A stretch of DNA of 64,000 nt from Naegleria gruberi. Taxonomy: Eukaryota. The notes below the pieces were generated by a model that saw only the letters and a program-made list of their open reading frames with translations, did no database searches and was not told the DNA's origin. The DNA is taken from assembly GCA_000004985.1 (NCBI GenBank), contig GG738862.1; one strand, given 5' to 3'. The position numbers and the translations under genes were made by a program. This document shows positions 1-10,927 of this stretch, in pieces (positions within the stretch are counted from its first letter, which is position 1; every line of letters starts with the position of its first letter).

Positions 1-113
1 TCAACAGAGTATACGATTCAACAGGTGAATTCTTCCAATATTTCAATGTAAATAAGCTTCCAGTTCAGTCAACCATCAATTTAAGCTCTCTATTCTCAGC
101 CATCAACATAACA

Positions 114-566
114 ATGCAAGGTTTCAAAGTGGGAATCACCACAGATCATGTTTCCCAATTCAAAAGACTACCAGCACTTTTCCTAATCCACAACAATGCA
201 GTGATGGAATATAAATTTGTGGACATGCAGGAAAAGCCAGAATATATTGAATTTATGATTGATGCGAATAGTGAGGAATGCGTGGATTCAGAGATGGAAT
301 CATCAATTTCTGGAATTGAATATGATCTCAATACTCCAGATCAAGATTTTGATAAGGAGAATAAGGAAATTATTACTACCATTCATCCAGAGCAGTTTGT
401 CTATACGAATAATGTCCAGCAACCATCAAATCAATATAGAGAGCTTTCGGATAATTTCTCAAAACAAAAAGAGGGTCAAAAGAAGGGTATTCGTAGAACT
501 TTATCATGTTTCTTTGGACAAAACAATTCACCAACTTGTTCGCCAAGAAAGAGAAGTATCAGGTAG
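114..566 (+). CDS. hypothetical protein (150 aa); 5' end may lie upstream of the window
   Basis: ATG-initiated ORF with non-repetitive protein-like composition and TAG stop. No recognisable domain. Confidence 0.35.
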   Translation: MQGFKVGITTDHVSQFKRLPALFLIHNNAVMEYKFVDMQEKPEYIEFMIDANSEECVDSEMESSISGIEYDLNTPDQDFDKENKEIITTIHPEQFVYTNNVQQPSNQYRELSDNFSKQKEGQKKGIRRTLSCFFGQNNSPTCSPRKRSIR

Positions 567-579
567 ATATCTACAGATT

Positions 580-1245
580 TCAAAATCCACTACCACCACC
601 AAAATTAAAACCACTACCGTTACTTGGTTTAATTGGTGGTTTAGTTCCAAATGTAGTACTAGTACTTCCAAAAGCAAATCCAGTAGTAGGTTTAGTTTCC
701 ACATTTTCCAAATATTTCGAAATCAATTGTTGATGGGACTTTGAAATCAATTCAGTCAATCCATCCATACTGTAATATCTTGCCTCAACAAACAAACTCT
801 CCAAAGCATGATTATCACTAGGAAGCACAAAATTCTTCACATCACCTCCACTTCTCAAATAATTCAAAATATATCTGAAATAAGTTGGATCTCTATCAAT
901 AAAAATTGATTCATCAGCCGAATCTTTGATTAAATTATGTAAACCAGAGACAAGTGAATTGAAATAATTTGGATCATAGTGCGTATTTTCTAATGATTTT
1001 GAAGGTTTGATCAATTTTTGAGTTAAAGTTTCTTTGGAAACTGCAAAAATAACGCCTCCAACGTTTAGTTTAATTATTTCACCATCTTGGAATTCGTATT
1101 TGGTGGAAACTTTTTTCAATTCAAGGAATTCGTGTTCTCTCTTTGTCATGGAAGTGCTCCAAGAGGAAAGTTTTTCTTCTAGTTGTTTCATAGTTTCCGA
1201 AATATCTTGTTTGATGGTGTCAAAAGTATTCTCAGAGTTGTTCAT
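580..1245 (-). CDS. BTB/POZ (T1/KCTD-type tetramerisation) domain protein with Gly/Phe-rich C-terminal tail, 221 aa
   Basis: The ORF contains the K+ channel tetramerisation-type BTB signature (IKLNVGGVIFAVSKETL ... IFIDRDPTYFRYILNYLRSG ... LESLFVEARYYSMDGL). The C-terminus is FG/GF-rich. ATG start with A-rich context; TGA stop. Confidence 0.75.
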   Translation of the reverse strand: MNNSENTFDTIKQDISETMKQLEEKLSSWSTSMTKREHEFLELKKVSTKYEFQDGEIIKLNVGGVIFAVSKETLTQKLIKPSKSLENTHYDPNYFNSLVSGLHNLIKDSADESIFIDRDPTYFRYILNYLRSGGDVKNFVLPSDNHALESLFVEARYYSMDGLTELISKSHQQLISKYLENVETKPTTGFAFGSTSTTFGTKPPIKPSNGSGFNFGGGSGF

Positions 1246-1412
1246 TTTTTTTGATTAGTTTCGAATTCCACGAAACCATTCCAATAATTTAATAATCCAA
1301 TTTATTATTTGTTTTGTCATCTCGTATTTACCTGGTCTGTAACCAAAACATTTAGATGAAGTAGGTTATTGTCCATTTCTCAACTGATTTAACAAAAAGA
1401 AGTTAATTTGAA

Positions 1413-1536
1413 AAAGACTACAGCACCACAGGTTCCCAAGTTGTCTCCAACCTCAGTACTGATGTGGCTCGACGATGCTTAACTTCTCAAATCGGACGGG
1501 ATGAGGTGCATTCATCGTGATATGGCCGTAGCCATC
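1413..1536 (-). rRNA. 5S rRNA: 5S rRNA gene, copy 1 of 3
   Basis: The reverse complement reads xTGGCTACGGCCATATCACGATGAATGCACCTCATCCCGTCCGATTTGAGAAGTTAAGCATCGTCGAGCCACATCAGTACTGAGGTTGGAGACAACTTGGGAACCTGTGGTGCTGTAGTCTTT. This matches the universal 5S blocks (ACGGCCATA, CCCGTCCGAT, GAAGTTAAGC, AGTACT, GGGAA, GTGCTGTAG) and the terminal helix I pairing. It is followed on the RNA strand by a TTTTT run. Two near-identical copies lie at 24400–24523 and 55537–55659. Confidence 0.85.
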
Positions 1537-1939
1537 TACAATCTTAAATTCTGAAATATATTCAAAATGTTAAACTAAATGTAGCGTCCCACACCAGAAA
1601 CATTTACAATTGGAAGAAAATTATGATCAGAAACAAGATTTTCGAATTGGTGTTTCTGGAGTGACTGGTGTAGTTGGAGTAGCCACAACAATTTTCACAA
1701 CACTGAACGAATCACTTTGAATATTTTTGGATAGATATTGTTAAATTTGAAGATTCAAATGCCAAACCATCACATTGAGTACAAATTATAATCCCCTCCT
1801 CTCCGCAAGCTCCACCAATACATCATTTCCAAAATGCAATGACACTAATCTCAGTAACCTTCTTAAAAATCTTCAAATTTTCCCTCTTTCACTGAATTTT
1901 GTGAATAGAAAACCAAAAAAAAAGAGTTGCCACACTAAC

Positions 1940-4900
1940 ATGCCACCATTGATCAGTTCATCATCTCTAAATGGTGATGAATTGGAAGAACTTGATCTCA
2001 ATGAAGATTATGCTAGTGGTGAAGTGTTTAAGAATGGGAATGATGATGATTCGTCTCCAGAGCCATTGCATAAGGGAGCTTCTTGGATATCAATCTTGTT
2101 CTTTATGTTTGCTGGCAAGTTGATGAGTATTGGCTTTAGAAGGGCTGGTGAGAATTATTTGATGAAAATGATAAAGAACATGTTGAATCGTGTTGGAATC
2201 TTTGGTCGATTTGAGATTAGAAAGGAGGAGGGAATGAATCATGGGGATATTCCCAAGTTGGCCGAAAGTGAAAAGTCAAGCAATCATTGTGAATTATTCG
2301 AAAGAGAATATAGAGAATTGTATCGTGAGAGGGGCAATTATCGTGAAGATGGAGGATTTAGAAAGAATTATGGAGGTCTATTGTTGAGAGTAATTGAGAG
2401 AGTTTATAGAAGAAGAGGATTGTATACAGTTTCTTTGTGGAGAGTTGCAGAAATGATATGTTTGTACATGTCACCACTCATTCTCTATATTTTACTCGAG
2501 TCAATCAAAGTTGATGAGTATGTGAAAAGTGCTATACCAGCAGCCACTCAATATTTAATTCCAACATCTTCTTACGGAATATTGAGTAATGACACTGTCA
2601 TTGCATCCAATTTCACAATGAACAATGAAACAAATTGGTTTCAAGAAAACTTGCCACTCTCAAATATTTTCTTCCAGTTAACTTTGGTACTTTTTTGCAA
2701 CTTCTAAAATTTGGATTCCACTCATTGGAGCTCTTCAAGGTTCAATCCTGCAAAAGTTGAATAGAATCAAGAGTGTGGAAAGAAGAAAATTCAAAAGTGG
2801 TGAGTTGAACAATCTATTTGCCATAGACACCAGAAGTGTAGCCATGGATGGTATTGATATTCATGAAGCTTGGTTAATGCCATTGACCTTAATTGTTGGT
2901 ATTGTGTTGGTTTTCGTATTTTTTGGATATAGCTCACTTGTTGGTGTTCTTGCAATGATTATATGTGGACCAGTTCTTCCATTTTTGGGTAAATATCAAA
3001 CTAGTTTTGCAGGCAAAGCTGCACAATTCAGAGATGAAAGAATCAAACACATGAGTGAAATATTGAATGGTATTAGAATTGTTAAATTTTATGTTTTTGA
3101 AGATAAGATGAAAGAAAAGGTTAATCAAGCAAGAGAAAAGGAATATTCACTCCTCCGAAAGTATGTTACTGTAATGAGTGGATATTGCTTTACTTCATCC
3201 CTGATGGCCATTGTTGGAAGTGGAGCTACTTTTGTGACTTTCTACTATGCAGGTGGAGATTTGACTTTACCTAAAATGTTTACTGGACTAGTGTTGTTTG
3301 GAACCTTTAGATTACCATTGTTGCATTTACCTTGGGCCATTTCAAACTTGGTTTTCGCCTATGTGAGTGCCAAACGTATTGGTAGATTCTTGTTTAGTGA
3401 AGATACTGAGAAATTGCCACATGATCATGAAAATAAGGCAAACTTGTGGGAATTTGATGAAGAACAAACAGAATTTTCGTCCATTATGGATAATGACACT
3501 GCTATTGAATGTAAGGATGCTTCCATTGGATGGTCAGAAGAGGAAGCTCCAACCCTCACTGATTTAAATTTGAAAATTGAGAGAGGAAAGCTCTACTGTG
3601 TCATTGGTAATACTGGTAGTGGAAAATCAACCTTAATTTCCTCCATTTATGGTGAATCTGTTGTAAAGAGCGGAAAAGTTAAAGTTAATCCATTGTGTAA
3701 TATTTCACTCAGTGATGAAACCCCATGGTTGATCAATGCATCTGTAAGGGAAAATATTGTCTTTGATAAGAATTTAACTTTTGACAGGGAAAGATATAAT
3801 AGAATATTGGATGTTTGTCAATTAAGAGATGATCTCAGTCGATTCCCAAATTATGATAAGACTGAAATTGGTTTTTCTGGAATTAATCTTTCAGGAGGTC
3901 AAAAACATAGAATTAGTTTAGCCAGAGCTTGTTACAGTAATTCTGAAATTGTCTTGATGGATTCCACACTCAACTCAATTGATGCCAAATTGTGTAGAAA
4001 GATTTTCAATGAATGCATTTGTGGATTTTTGAAGGATAGAACTAGAATTCTCGTTACACATTCACTTCAATTATTGGAAATGGCTGATGAAGTCATTGTT
4101 TTTGAGAATGGAAAGTTGATTGCTAAAGGGTCTTTGAAGGAAATTAAGAATTCCTATGACTTTTCCAAACTAATCTCTGAAGAAAAGGAAGAAAGTGAAA
4201 CAGAAGAGAATGAAGTAACAGAAAAGGATATGAAACAAGACGAAAAGAAAGGTCAACTCGTCGCTGCAGAAGATAAGAGCTATGGTGAAGTTAGTTGGTC
4301 TGTCTTTATGACCTATATCCGTCGGTGTGGAATTTTCTTAACTGTCATCAGTCTCCTTTTGAATGTAATGTCAATGGGTGCAAAAACAGCAAGTCAAGTC
4401 TGGATATCTGTTATGAATAGTGACATGCTTAGCTTACCTCTGGTTGCCTATGTTTGGGTTTTCTTCTCTTTTGGATTAATGGACTGTTTCATCATTTTCT
4501 TTAAGGAACTAAGCTTAGGATTTGCCACATTGAAAGGTTCTAACAATCTTCATAGAAGTATGCTGAATAACATTCTGAGAGCACCAATTCAATTCTTTGA
4601 TCAGAATCCAGTCGGAAGAATATTGAATAGATTCACTCAAGATTTGGAAACTTTGGATAATATGGTCATGTTTGCTTCGGATTTTATTAGCAATGTATTG
4701 AATATCATCTTTACCTTAACTCTAATTTCTGTAATTAATCCAATGTTTTTAATTGTGGTTGTTCCAATTGGTTTTGCATTTTACATAATTCAAGAATATT
4801 ATAGGACTACATCAAGAGAACTTAGAAGATTGGAATCGATTTCAAAGAGTCCTGTAATGTCACATTTCAATTCTTGTCTGGAAGGCGTCAATACTGTCAA

Positions 4901-6138
4901 GGCATCTCTTGTACATTCGAATATTTATGAGGATAGTTTTAACAAGATTGACTTTGCAAATAAGCATACCTTTAACAGATTTATGGTGAACAGATGGTTG
5001 GGTGTTAGAATCCATCTCAGTAAGTATTTTCACATTAACATTATTGCTCATCTTCACAGTTTCTCAATCTGTTTTGTTTTTTACTGCTATCTTTGCTATC
5101 ATTGCCAAACATACTCAAGAAATTAGTAGCCCAGCTTTCCTTGTATTGACCATTTCAAACTCTCTTCAGTTGAGTGATTGTTTCCAATCACTAGTTCGTT
5201 CGTTTGTTGAAGTTGAAAGTAACATGACTTGCGTGGAGAGAATTGTGTACTATGCTCAAAGTATCCCACAAGAAGCTGCCTACGATAAAGAAGGTGATCC
5301 AACCACAAGAGAATGGCCAACTAAGGGACACATTCAATTAGATCAATTGTCGGTAAGATACAGAGATGATTTGGATCCAGTTTTGAAGAATCTCGATTTG
5401 GATATCAAAGCAGGCACCAAAGTTGGTGTTGTAGGAAGGTATGTTTGAATATTTCTAACTTTCAAAATTAATATATAACATGAATATAGAACTGGAAGTG
5501 GAAAGAGTACTTTATTGATTTCTCTATTCAGATTCCTTGAAGCCAATGAAGGTAGCATCTCAATCGATGGTCTAGATATTTCCAATATTGGTTTGAGAAC
5601 TTTACGTAAAGCATTATTAATCATTCCTCAACAACCTGTTCTATTCTCTGGATCTATTCGATACAATTTGGATCCTTTCGATGAATTTGAGGATTATGAA
5701 ATATGGAATGCCCTCGAACGAGTTCATATGAAAGAAAAGATTCAACCACTCCAACTCTCCTTCACTGTTACTGAGAATGGAAGCAATTTTTCAATTGGTG
5801 AAAGACAATTACTCTCCCTTAGTAGATGTATTTTGAGGAAGGCAAATATTATCATCTTTGATGAATCCACTGCCTTTGTAGATCATAATAGTGATGAGTT
5901 GGTTCAGAAGGTTGTTAGGGAGGAATTTAAGGATAGTACAATCATAACCGTTGCTCACAGATTGGACACCATCATTGATTCGGATTGTATTGTATTTATG
6001 AAGGAGGGTGAAATTATAGAAACTGGAAGTCCAAAGGAATTACTCTTAGATGAAAGATCGAATTTCTCCTCTCTTGTGAGGGAAACTGGTAAACAATACT
6101 CTGACCACTTGAAGAACAAAGCTTTCAAGCTTGCTTAA
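1940..6138 (+). CDS. ABC transporter, ABCC/MRP subfamily (TMD–NBD–TMD–NBD); at least 4 exons
   Basis: ORFs 1775–2707, 2757–5126, 5002–5448 and 5515–6138 join into one MRP-like protein. NBD1 has Walker A GNTGSGKST and signature LSGGQKHRISLARA. TMD2 contains the MRP-conserved segment (NRWLGVRIHL ... FTAIFAII ... SNMTCVERI), and NBD2 reads VGVVGR|TGSGKSTL ... SIGERQLLSLSRC ... IIFDESTA. Introns: 5020–5059 (40 nt, GTAAGT..AG) and 5439–5489 (51 nt, GTATGT..AG). Both restore frame and are anchored to ORF ends. A further small intron is needed near 2687–2729 to join the first two ORFs; its exact position is uncertain. The first ATG in frame is at 1940 (MPPLISSS...); the ORF-track start at 1775 is a non-ATG codon. 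Stop TAA at 6136–6138. Confidence 0.85.
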
Positions 6139-6812
6139 TAATTTTTTAAATAAACCACAATTCGAAAGATGCAATTTTCATGAAACCTCACAACAACTAA
6201 GGAATTAAGGTGAACAACAACGAGAGATAAGGGAACAATACAGCAAAATACCATCCATTGAACGGACAGAGCCACCATTCAGATGACTGTTTCCTGTTCA
6301 TTCTCTCGTTTCATCTGAGGAAGTGGCCTGTCTTTTAGTATCTTTTTTCATGACCAAACTGTGATTGAAGAGGACTGCTAGCTAATGAATTTTGGGTTCA
6401 TCATTTCGAAAAAGAATGTGCTTAGTGGAAAAACATGATAGTTGAACTTGGCTTTACAACGTAAACTTATTTATCCATTTGAGGATCTCTTAATTTCCAA
6501 ACAATTTTCCCAAAATTGCCTCATAAATTATCAACCTATCATCCCTCATCTTGAAATTATTGAAATATTTTAAGCCAATGATTGTTTTAAGTTGTTTACA
6601 TGTTAGAGTACTGTAACGTAAACTTGTAACAAGATTTTGTGCGCATTCCACTACATTCTTCAGAGGTCACTACCGATACTGCTTCTTGTTCACACCAGGG
6701 ATGATATCGAGGATTTTGTTGAGTTTTTCACAAACACAACAACAGAAAAAAACGAACAAATTGAGGATTTGAGGATCTTTGATAACAATTTTGAAGAGTA
6801 ATATATAGCAAG

Positions 6813-8349
6813 ATGAGTGATATTGCAAGCGATTTTGAAACTGTACCAGAACCATACAAGATTAAGGTAGTAGAACCAATTAAATTAATTGCAAGACAGG
6901 AGAGAGAAGTTGCCATTAAGGAAGCTGGCCTCAATCAATTCTTATTAAAATCTGATGATGTTTTCATTGACTTATTAACGGACAGGTAAGTGGTATTATC
7001 TTGTTTCAAACCTATATAAAATCGGAACTTATTCAACTTTATCAATTTGTTACAGTGGTACAGGTGCAATGAGTCAAAACCAGTGGGCTGGGATGATGCT
7101 TGGTGATGAATCATACACTGGAAGGTTTGTTTTCATTTTCTTCTTTTAACCAAATGATGTAATAATAACTATTAATACATAATATGTAATCAGCCGTAAT
7201 TATTATAATCTCCAAAAGAGTGTGGAAGATATCTTGGGATTTAAATACTATTGTCCAACCCATCAAGGAAGAGGTGCTGAAAATATCTTGTTTGGTATCA
7301 TCATTAAGAAGGGTCAATATATTCTCGGAAATTATCACTTTGATACTACAAAGGCACATATTGAATTGAATTCTGGTTTGGCTGTCAATTTAATTCATGA
7401 AAGAGCTTATAACACATCTGTTGAACATCCATTTAAGGGAAATATTGATCTTGAAAAGTTGGAACACTTTATTGTGGAAAAGACTCCAGAAAAGATTGCA
7501 TTCTTGTTAATGACCATCACTTGTAATAGTGTTGGTGGTCAACCTGTTTCAATGGAAAATCTTCGTGGTGCCTATCAAGTTGCAAAGAAGTATAATTTAC
7601 CAATCTTTATTGATGCTGCTCGTTTTGCAGAGAATGCTTACTTTATTAAGAAGAGAGAAGCAGGTTATGAAAATAAGACAATTACAGAAATTGTTTGAGA
7701 AATGTTCTCATACAGTGATGGTTGTACAATGAGTGCCAAGAAGGATGGTCTTGTCAATATTGGTGGTATGATTGGTATTAAGGAGGATGAAGAATTATTC
7801 AAAAAGGTTAAACAAAGATGTGTTCCAATGGAAGGTTTCCCAACTTATGGTGGTTTGGCTGGCAGAGATATGGAAGCTTTGGCAATTGGTATGAGAGAAG
7901 TTGTAGATGAAGCTTATTTGGCTTCTCGTATCGATCAAGTTGAATATTTGGGAAGAAAGTTGAAAGAAGCTGGCATTCCTATTCAACAACCGTTGGGAGG
8001 TCATGCAGTTTTCATCAATGCTAAAGAATTCTTGCCTCACATTCCTCAAACTCAATATCCAGCTCAAGCTCTCTGTGTGGAATTGTATCTTGAGGGTGGT
8101 GTTAGAGCTGTTGAAGTGGGAACTTTATTGGCAGGTAGAGATCCAGAAACTGGTTTGGAAATTTTACCTGAACTCGATCTTTTACGTTTGACAATACCAA
8201 GAAGAGTTTATACAAATAATCACATGGATTGGGTTGCCACTTGCTTGAAGAGAATTGCTGCCAGAAAGGACAGGATTAGAGGGTTGAAGATTGTTGAAGA
8301 ACCACCAATTTTACGTCACTTTATGGCAAGATTTGATTGGGCAGAATAA
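6813..8349 (+). CDS. tnaA: tryptophanase (tryptophan indole-lyase, beta-eliminating lyase family); 3 exons, interrupted by an in-frame TGA at 7696–7698
   Basis: The protein aligns along its whole length to bacterial TnaA. Matching blocks include [15 protein letters not shown]..., [125 protein letters not shown] and [18 protein letters not shown]. Exons are 6813–6985, 7056–7124 and 7194–8349, with introns 6986–7055 (GTAAGT..AG) and 7125–7193 (GTTTGT..AG). Exon 3 restores the conserved ...GS|RNYY... alignment. A TGA stop sits in frame exactly at the position of a conserved Arg (E. coli ...ITRETYKY..., here ...ITEIV*EMFSYS...). The gene is either a pseudogene, a sequencing error (CGA to TGA) or a read-through case. 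Exon 1 start is accurate to ±1 nt. Confidence 0.8.
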
Positions 8350-8722
8350 ATTATTTTTATTTTGTAAAGTTAATATAATATTTAAGATTAACAGACGAAC
8401 ATTCGACAATGTAGCTACCATTGAATCCATTCAAACAAACAAAAAAATGAGCGTGAATATATAAAATGGTCGACCAATTTTCTATTGAATTGTATGATTG
8501 GAATAGATTCTCCAAGAATGTAAGTACACGATTAGTTTCGAATAATTAAATGTGAAATGAAATGCAGGTATTGCTCGATAGAACTGCTTTGATTTTTAAA
8601 CCTTATGATGTCACTCCAAAAGAAAACACTTGGATTGGGATGAAAGTGGAAAAGTGGAAGATCTGATTCCACAACTGAATAAACCCAGATCAAACCAAAA
8701 CCATAACTTCTCTCAAAACTTC

Positions 8723-8795
8723 TGCTGACGGACGGGATCGAACCGGCGACCAATGGCTTATTAGACCAACGCTCTACCGACTGAGCTACGCCAGC
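8723..8795 (-). tRNA. tRNA-Ile: tRNA-Ile (anticodon AAU)
   Basis: The reverse complement GCTGGCGTAGCTCAGTCGGTAGAGCGTTGGTCTAATAAGCCATTGGTCGCCGGTTCGATCCCGTCCGTCAGCA folds as a cloverleaf. The acceptor stem is GCTGGCG/CGTCAGC with one G·U pair. A and B boxes are present (TAGCTCAGTCGG, GGTTCGATCC). The anticodon loop CTAATAA gives anticodon AAT. It is similar to eukaryotic tRNA-Ile(AAU). One mismatch in the T-stem. Confidence 0.8.
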
Positions 8796-8869
8796 TTATT
8801 GATAATAATTGGTTTTAATAATTCTGTAAATGATGCTATGTCATTTGACATTTTAAATATATAACTCAA

Positions 8870-8990
8870 ATTGAAATTGTTCTCAATAAAATGTAGGGTT
8901 TGTTTAGAAATTGTTCTCAATAAAATGTAACATAACGTAGCTCTTTCAACGTTAAAATTATTAAATACCAACTGAGCTACGCCAGCTTCT
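8870..8990. repeat. tandem ~23-bp direct repeat (GAAATTGTTCTCAATAAAATGTA x2) plus a 21-nt duplicate of the tRNA-Ile 5' acceptor/D-arm segment (8969–8989)
   Basis: aaattgttctcaataaaatgta occurs twice at ~8872–8895 and ~8910–8933. ccaactgagctacgccagctt at 8969–8989 matches the 5' end of the adjacent tRNA-Ile gene (ccgactgagctacgccagctt) with one mismatch, but lacks anticodon and T arms. Confidence 0.5.
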
Positions 8991-9215
8991 AGAAGACCCT
9001 TAATGAACTTAGCAAATACCTTACCATGGTGGACAAGCTAAAAGTACTATTTTTGAACATTTTGGTAAATTGTGGTTGGTTCTCTTCTAACATGAATACA
9101 GAAGATGTCACATCTCTTTAGAACATCATAAAACTTGACAAGAAAAAATAAGCAAACAAAGCAGATCTGCAAGATTTTGAAAATTAATTTCGGCGGAACT
9201 ATTCATCAAAAAAAC

Positions 9216-10553
9216 ATGGAGAAAAAACTCGAGTCTCTCCAACGAGAAGAAATATTTTCAGATGATATTTGTTTTGAAATAATTTCCATGATTGATGATT
9301 CGTGGTTTATTTTGAATAATTGTTCCTTGATTTCAAAACAATTCTTTAATGTGATCAAGGAACGTTCAAAACTTTTTATTGAATTTAAAAAAAAATTTAC
9401 AGAAAAAAGAATTGAACTATTCACAAAGAGTCAATTTATGAATAGTATTGTTAAAGTTAAATTTTCAACAAATTTGTTTGTCTCTATTGAAAATCACAAA
9501 TTCATAAGTGAAATGAAACAATTAACTTCACTTAATATTTCTAACAATCAAATTAATGATGAAACAGCCAAATCAATAATTGAAATGAAACGATTAACAT
9601 CACTTGATATTGGTGGAAATCAAATTGGTGATGAAGGAATCAAATTAATTAGTGAAATGAAACAATTAACATTACTTGATATTAGTGGAAATAGTATTGG
9701 TGATAAAGGAGTCAAACCAATTAGTAAAATGAAACAATTAACATCACTTAATATTTATAACAACGAAATTGGTGTAGCAGGATCCAAATTTATAATTGAA
9801 ATGAAACAATTAACATCACTTGATATAAGCTACAATGAAATTGGTGATGAAGGAGCCAAATCAATAAGTGAATTGAAACAATTAACATCACTTACTGTTA
9901 GTGGAAATCAAATTGGTGATGAAGGAATCAAATTAATTAGTGAAATGAAACAATTAACATTACTTGATATTAGTGGAAATAGTATTGGTGATAAAGGAGT
10001 CAAACCAATTAGTAAAATGAAACAATTAACATCACTTAATATTTATAACAACGAAATTGGTGTAGCAGGATCCAAATTTATAATTGAAATGAAACAATTA
10101 ACATCACTTGATATAAGCTACAATGAAATTGGTGATGAAGGAGCCAAATCAATAAGTGAAATGAAACAATTAACATCACTTACTATTAGTGGAAATCAAA
10201 TTGGTGATGAAGGAATCAAATTAATTAGTGAAATGAAACAATTAACATTACTTGATATTAGTGGAAAATCAGTTGGTGATAAAGGAGTCAAATCAATTAG
10301 TAAAATGAAACAATTAACATCACTTACTATTTATACCAATGAAATTGGTGTAGCAGGAGCCAAATTTATAAGTGAAATGAAACAATTAACATCACTTGAT
10401 ATAAGCTACAATGAAATTGGTGATGAAGGAGCAAAATCAATAAGTGAATTGAAACAATTAACATTACTTGATATTAGTGGAAATGGAATTGGTGATGAAG
10501 GATCCAAATTTATAATTGGAATGAAACAATTAAAATCACTTGATATTCAGTAG
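9216..10553 (+). CDS. F-box-like / leucine-rich-repeat (RNI-type) protein, 445 aa
   Basis: The N-terminus is F-box-like (EIFSDDICFEIISMIDD..LISKQFFNVIKERSKL). It is followed by ~14 consecutive 24-residue RNI-like LRRs (LTSLDISGNQIGDEGIKLISEMKQ...). First ATG at 9216 with an A-rich context; TAG stop. Confidence 0.8.
   Translation: MEKKLESLQREEIFSDDICFEIISMIDDSWFILNNCSLISKQFFNVIKERSKLFIEFKKKFTEKRIELFTKSQFMNSIVKVKFSTNLFVSIENHKFISEMKQLTSLNISNNQINDETAKSIIEMKRLTSLDIGGNQIGDEGIKLISEMKQLTLLDISGNSIGDKGVKPISKMKQLTSLNIYNNEIGVAGSKFIIEMKQLTSLDISYNEIGDEGAKSISELKQLTSLTVSGNQIGDEGIKLISEMKQLTLLDISGNSIGDKGVKPISKMKQLTSLNIYNNEIGVAGSKFIIEMKQLTSLDISYNEIGDEGAKSISEMKQLTSLTISGNQIGDEGIKLISEMKQLTLLDISGKSVGDKGVKSISKMKQLTSLTIYTNEIGVAGAKFISEMKQLTSLDISYNEIGDEGAKSISELKQLTLLDISGNGIGDEGSKFIIGMKQLKSLDIQ
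9598..10480. repeat. intragenic tandem repeat, 288-bp unit (4 LRRs) x3; first two units near-identical
   Basis: The DNA block tcacttgatattggtggaaatcaaattggtgatgaaggaatcaaattaattagtgaaatgaaacaattaacattacttgatattagtggaaatagtattggtgataaagga... recurs almost base-for-base 288 bp downstream. A third, diverged copy follows. Confidence 0.7.
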
Positions 10554-10927
10554 TATTATACAGTCAATCCTTTGTTAAGCACTAACATATGGTTCCTTTA
10601 AATTACGATTAGTTAACCTAATATAAATGTAGCAAGTATTTTAACAGTCCAACCTGCATTACAATGGACAGTGTTATTGTAAAAGGAGTGGGATTGAAAC
10701 AAGCAAGGAATTTCATAGATTGGGAGTAACTGGCTGTCAGGAATCAACAGGCAACAGAATTAATCGAAAAGGAAAATGGAATGATAGATTAATGACTTAA
10801 AAATCGATTTGACACTCTATCATCAATCGAGCTATTGTTCCATCTTCCTGGTTGTTACTAACTTCCACCATAAAAATTGCAATCAACTTGCTGCATTGAG
10901 TTCCACTTAAAAAAAATAGGCAGAACA

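Noticed and set aside
7696-7698. Selenocysteine or reassigned-codon interpretation of the in-frame TGA in tryptophanase
   Set aside because: The aligned residue in homologs is Arg, not Cys/Sec. TGA terminates several other genes in the window. No SECIS-like structure is evident downstream, though this was not searched computationally.
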